Below, piece after piece: positions 61,301 to 64,000 of a DNA stretch of 64,000 nucleotides. Each line of letters starts with the position of its first letter. Within the stretch, counting starts at the first letter, position 1. The stretch is from positions 124,001 to 188,000 of the forward strand of contig JAAOMT010000070.1 in assembly GCA_016748015.1 (NCBI GenBank). The letters run 5' to 3'. The notes below the pieces were generated by a model, which was given only the letters and a program-made list of their open reading frames with translations, was not told the origin of the DNA and did not search any database. The position numbers and the translations under genes are program-made. The DNA comes from Geosiphon pyriformis uo1 (taxonomy: Eukaryota > Fungi > Glomeromycota).

Positions 61301-64000
61301 TAACAAGTATGATTTTCATATTCTTCTTCAGGTGAAATGCAGACTCCCATTGATGAAAGTTTTTTGTGGCAATCTTTGCATTTGAGTGGAATGTAAGAGT
61401 GTTGTTTTTGTGGTTCTGGTTTTGAATAGGGGACATTCCATCTGAGTGTTACTGGTTCTTTTGTTTCAAGAGAATCATATGTTGAAAAATACTGTTGTTC
61501 AGTTTCATCAGCCCAATTGGAGGTTGATTCAAGTGCTATAAATGTTTCAATGATGGGTTTTTCTTTTTCCGGTTTGAATTCAAAAGCCGGGGCTTTTTCA
61601 GAGCATTTGTTGAATGTACCACAAGTGGCAGGTACTCGGGTATGTTGTTCTTGGTAGAAGATTGTTAACTCTTGTGTCTCCCAATTCAGATTAGCATTGG
61701 CTTTTTGGAGCCAATCATTTCTGACAAGAGCTTGGTATTGGGGAGCATTTATGACTAAAACTTTGACTGAAATAGTAATTCCGTCAATTGTGAATGAGAA
61801 GTTGTTAATCTCTCCTACTGGAGTCTTTTTCATGTCATCAGCAGTAACAATGATTGTCTGAGCTGGTCAGTCAACGTTTCTCTTTAGCTGTTGCATCAAT
61901 TGATATGTGATGATGCTTCCGGCGGATCTACTGTCTAGGATCAAGCGAATTGGCTTTTCTTCTACTTCAGCTTCTGTGTACATTGCAGTGATGGCTTTTT
62001 GCTTGTTAGCCACTGCATTGCTAAGTAAGAATGGTGATTCATTTGCTTCAAATTCAAAAGAAAATATATTTGAAAGGTTGGTGTTTTCAGCAATTCTGGC
62101 TGGTGGGATTGTGGTAGGAGTATAAGAAGGGTTTTGTTGTTGTGCTGCAGCTCTATCTTCTAAGAGTACAGTATGGTGAAAATTCTGTTCTTTTGACATC
62201 ATAAGATAACTAGTTTGAGTATGATAGTAGTTGGGTCTTGGTTGAGCTGAATTTCAGAGAACCAATTGGTTGTTCGAATTGATCCTATTGTTGTTTACTT
62301 GGTATTGGTTTTGTGGTGTGAATTGATTTTGCGGAATCAATCTTCGAGCAGATATTTGATAATGTTGTGTGGGTGGTTGTTGGTATTGCTGTTGGATTGG
62401 CTGTGGGGCGGGCTGATAATAGTTACTTTGGTATTAAGGTCTTGGTGGATAGTAAGCTGGTGGTGGTGGTTGATAATAAGATTGCTGTGGTGGAGGGTAA
62501 TGTTGATTACTCTTATTTTGTTGGTTTCATTGTAGCTTTCTGCAATCTTTTTTTCTAGTGGCCAGGAATTCCACAGTAATGGCAATTCTGAGGCTGGTTA
62601 TTAAAAAGTGGTGCAAAGTTATTTTGATTTTGTCTTTGTAAGGGTTGGTATCTTTGTGTTTATTGTGATTGCTGTGGCTGCTGTTGTTGCTGTTGGTTGA
62701 TAAAGTAGTGTTCAACTTTTTTGGTTAATTGGTCAATCTTTTCTTTAGCTGCTGAACTGGTTTTTCCAATAGCCAGATTAACAAGTTTGGTACGGTTGGC
62801 TTCTTCTATGGCCATTTCATAGTTTTTTGCCTGTTGAATAGCAGTGGCTAAATCTTCTGGTACATGTGAGCGAACTTTCTTAATCAGTTTATCCTTTAAA
62901 CTGGCAATAAATTGATCCAAGATTTGAGCATTGGAATAATAATTATTAGTTTTAAGTTGGCAAATTTGTCTAAGAAGTTTGTTAAATTTCCCAATATAAG
63001 TCATGACAGATTTAGAAGATTCTTGTTTAATATTACGAAAATGATTTCGAAATGTGATTGAGGTGTTGTTATCAGTGAATTGTTCTAAGAAGACAGTTTT
63101 GAAAGCTGTCTAGTCATTAAAAGGGGTGGTCAAGTTTTCGAACCATTTGCCTGCTGTTTCTTTGAGAAAGTAGGGAATTGTTCTTAACATTCTGGCAGCA
63201 TTCCATCCATTTGCATCTCCAGCTTTAGTAACTTGGTCAAGCCATTCTTGGGGACTGGTCTCAATATTTTCTTCATTAAATTCAGAAATTTTTGCAATAT
63301 AAGTTGTCATTTCATCTTCTTCCTCATTATCTGTTAATTCACTTTTTTTTTTGGATTCTACTTCTTCTTTAATGGATTCAGAAACGTTTTTTTCATTGGC
63401 TAATGTTTCAGAGTGTTCACTTATGTTTTTTGCTAAATAGTCAAGAAGATTGGTACTAGTCTGAAGGGTTTTTTGTTGTCTGATGGGACTTCTAGATGAT
63501 GTATAATCTTCTAGTCTTGAAAATCGATTTAAAGGTGAATTAGGAATTTCTGCTTGTGTAAGTGAAGCTGGAAAAGATGTAATAGTGAGTGGGAGTTTTG
63601 AACTGATTCCTTGTTCAGATGTTTGTTAGTGTTTGGTAGTTGTTTTTGGTAGTATTGGAGTATTTAAGGCAGTTTTTGAGTATTGCTTCAATTTTTGTTT
63701 GCCTTTGTTGCTTGTTTCTGTCTCTGATTCAAAGTCAAAAAAGTATTTAGACTGTACTGGGTATTTTTCTTCACAATACTCAATAATGTTAAAATTAAGT
63801 TCTTGGAAGTAGGTAACAAGTGTTTCACTGTTCAGGTCTTCTGTTCCCAATTGTGAATAGTGCATTAAATTATTATAGAGGTTGCTTCTAACTTCTGAAA
63901 TGTTGTAGTTTCCAAAAAGATAATTGTTGATGCGGTTTTTAATGTATTGGTATACTGATTTTTTGACAACTTCAATTCCGTCTGGAATGTTGAATCTTTG
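58387..64000 (-). pseudogene. Element D gag-pol (gag leader, gag, PR, Cys-rich domain, dUTPase, dUTPase-like domain, RT, RNase H)
   Basis: IAKISEFNEE...WLDQVTKAGDANGW, LILDSRSAGSII, HEIDAGYDL...ASRSSL...GGIIDVGY...RRTKGFGLTG, MPFGLCNAPATFQRLM, VVVYFDD; stop at 58389-58387. Confidence 0.92.

Larger units (their letters stand above)
54796..64000 (-). mobile_element. Element D: degenerate Ty3/gypsy element nested in C (5' LTR outside the window)
   Basis: 3' LTR at 54796-55777 and PPT at 55778-55791, with extra ORF, IN, RH, RT, dUTPase, PR and gag in order on the minus strand. Confidence 0.93.

Overview
AT-rich eukaryotic DNA with GT-AG spliceosomal introns. The genes and transposon style look fungal; an early-diverging Mucoromycota/Glomeromycotina-type genome is my inference. 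The first ~23.5 kb is a gene island with four host genes: asparagine synthetase (8 exons, +), an Sgs1/BLM-type RecQ helicase (+, with 1.7 kb duplicated across an assembly gap), an intronless AP-1/Yap-like bZIP factor (-) and Ran GTPase-activating protein (2 exons, -). Extremely AT-rich tracts flank the island and include two copies of one hypermutated fossil repeat family. From 25.2 kb to the end is a nest of degenerate Ty3/gypsy LTR retrotransposons. Element A (-, 25251-45596) carries complete element B (-, 31129-41370, GCAT target-site duplication). Element C (+, from 47354) is inserted in a LINE remnant and is interrupted by a solo LTR (50727-51666) and by element D (-, from 54796 to beyond the window). 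All four elements share an extended gag leader, gag, protease, an unnamed multi-CxxC domain, dUTPase, a second degenerate dUTPase-like domain and RT. In the three whose 3' half is visible (A, B, D), RNase H ends in a stop, integrase is a separate ORF in a different frame, and an extra non-env ORF ends at the polypurine tract. A, B and C also have a U5 segment that mimics a tRNA 3' end and can fold onto the primer-binding site, and each LTR family has a periodic U3 tandem array. All alignments were done by eye and domain names come from motif recognition only.
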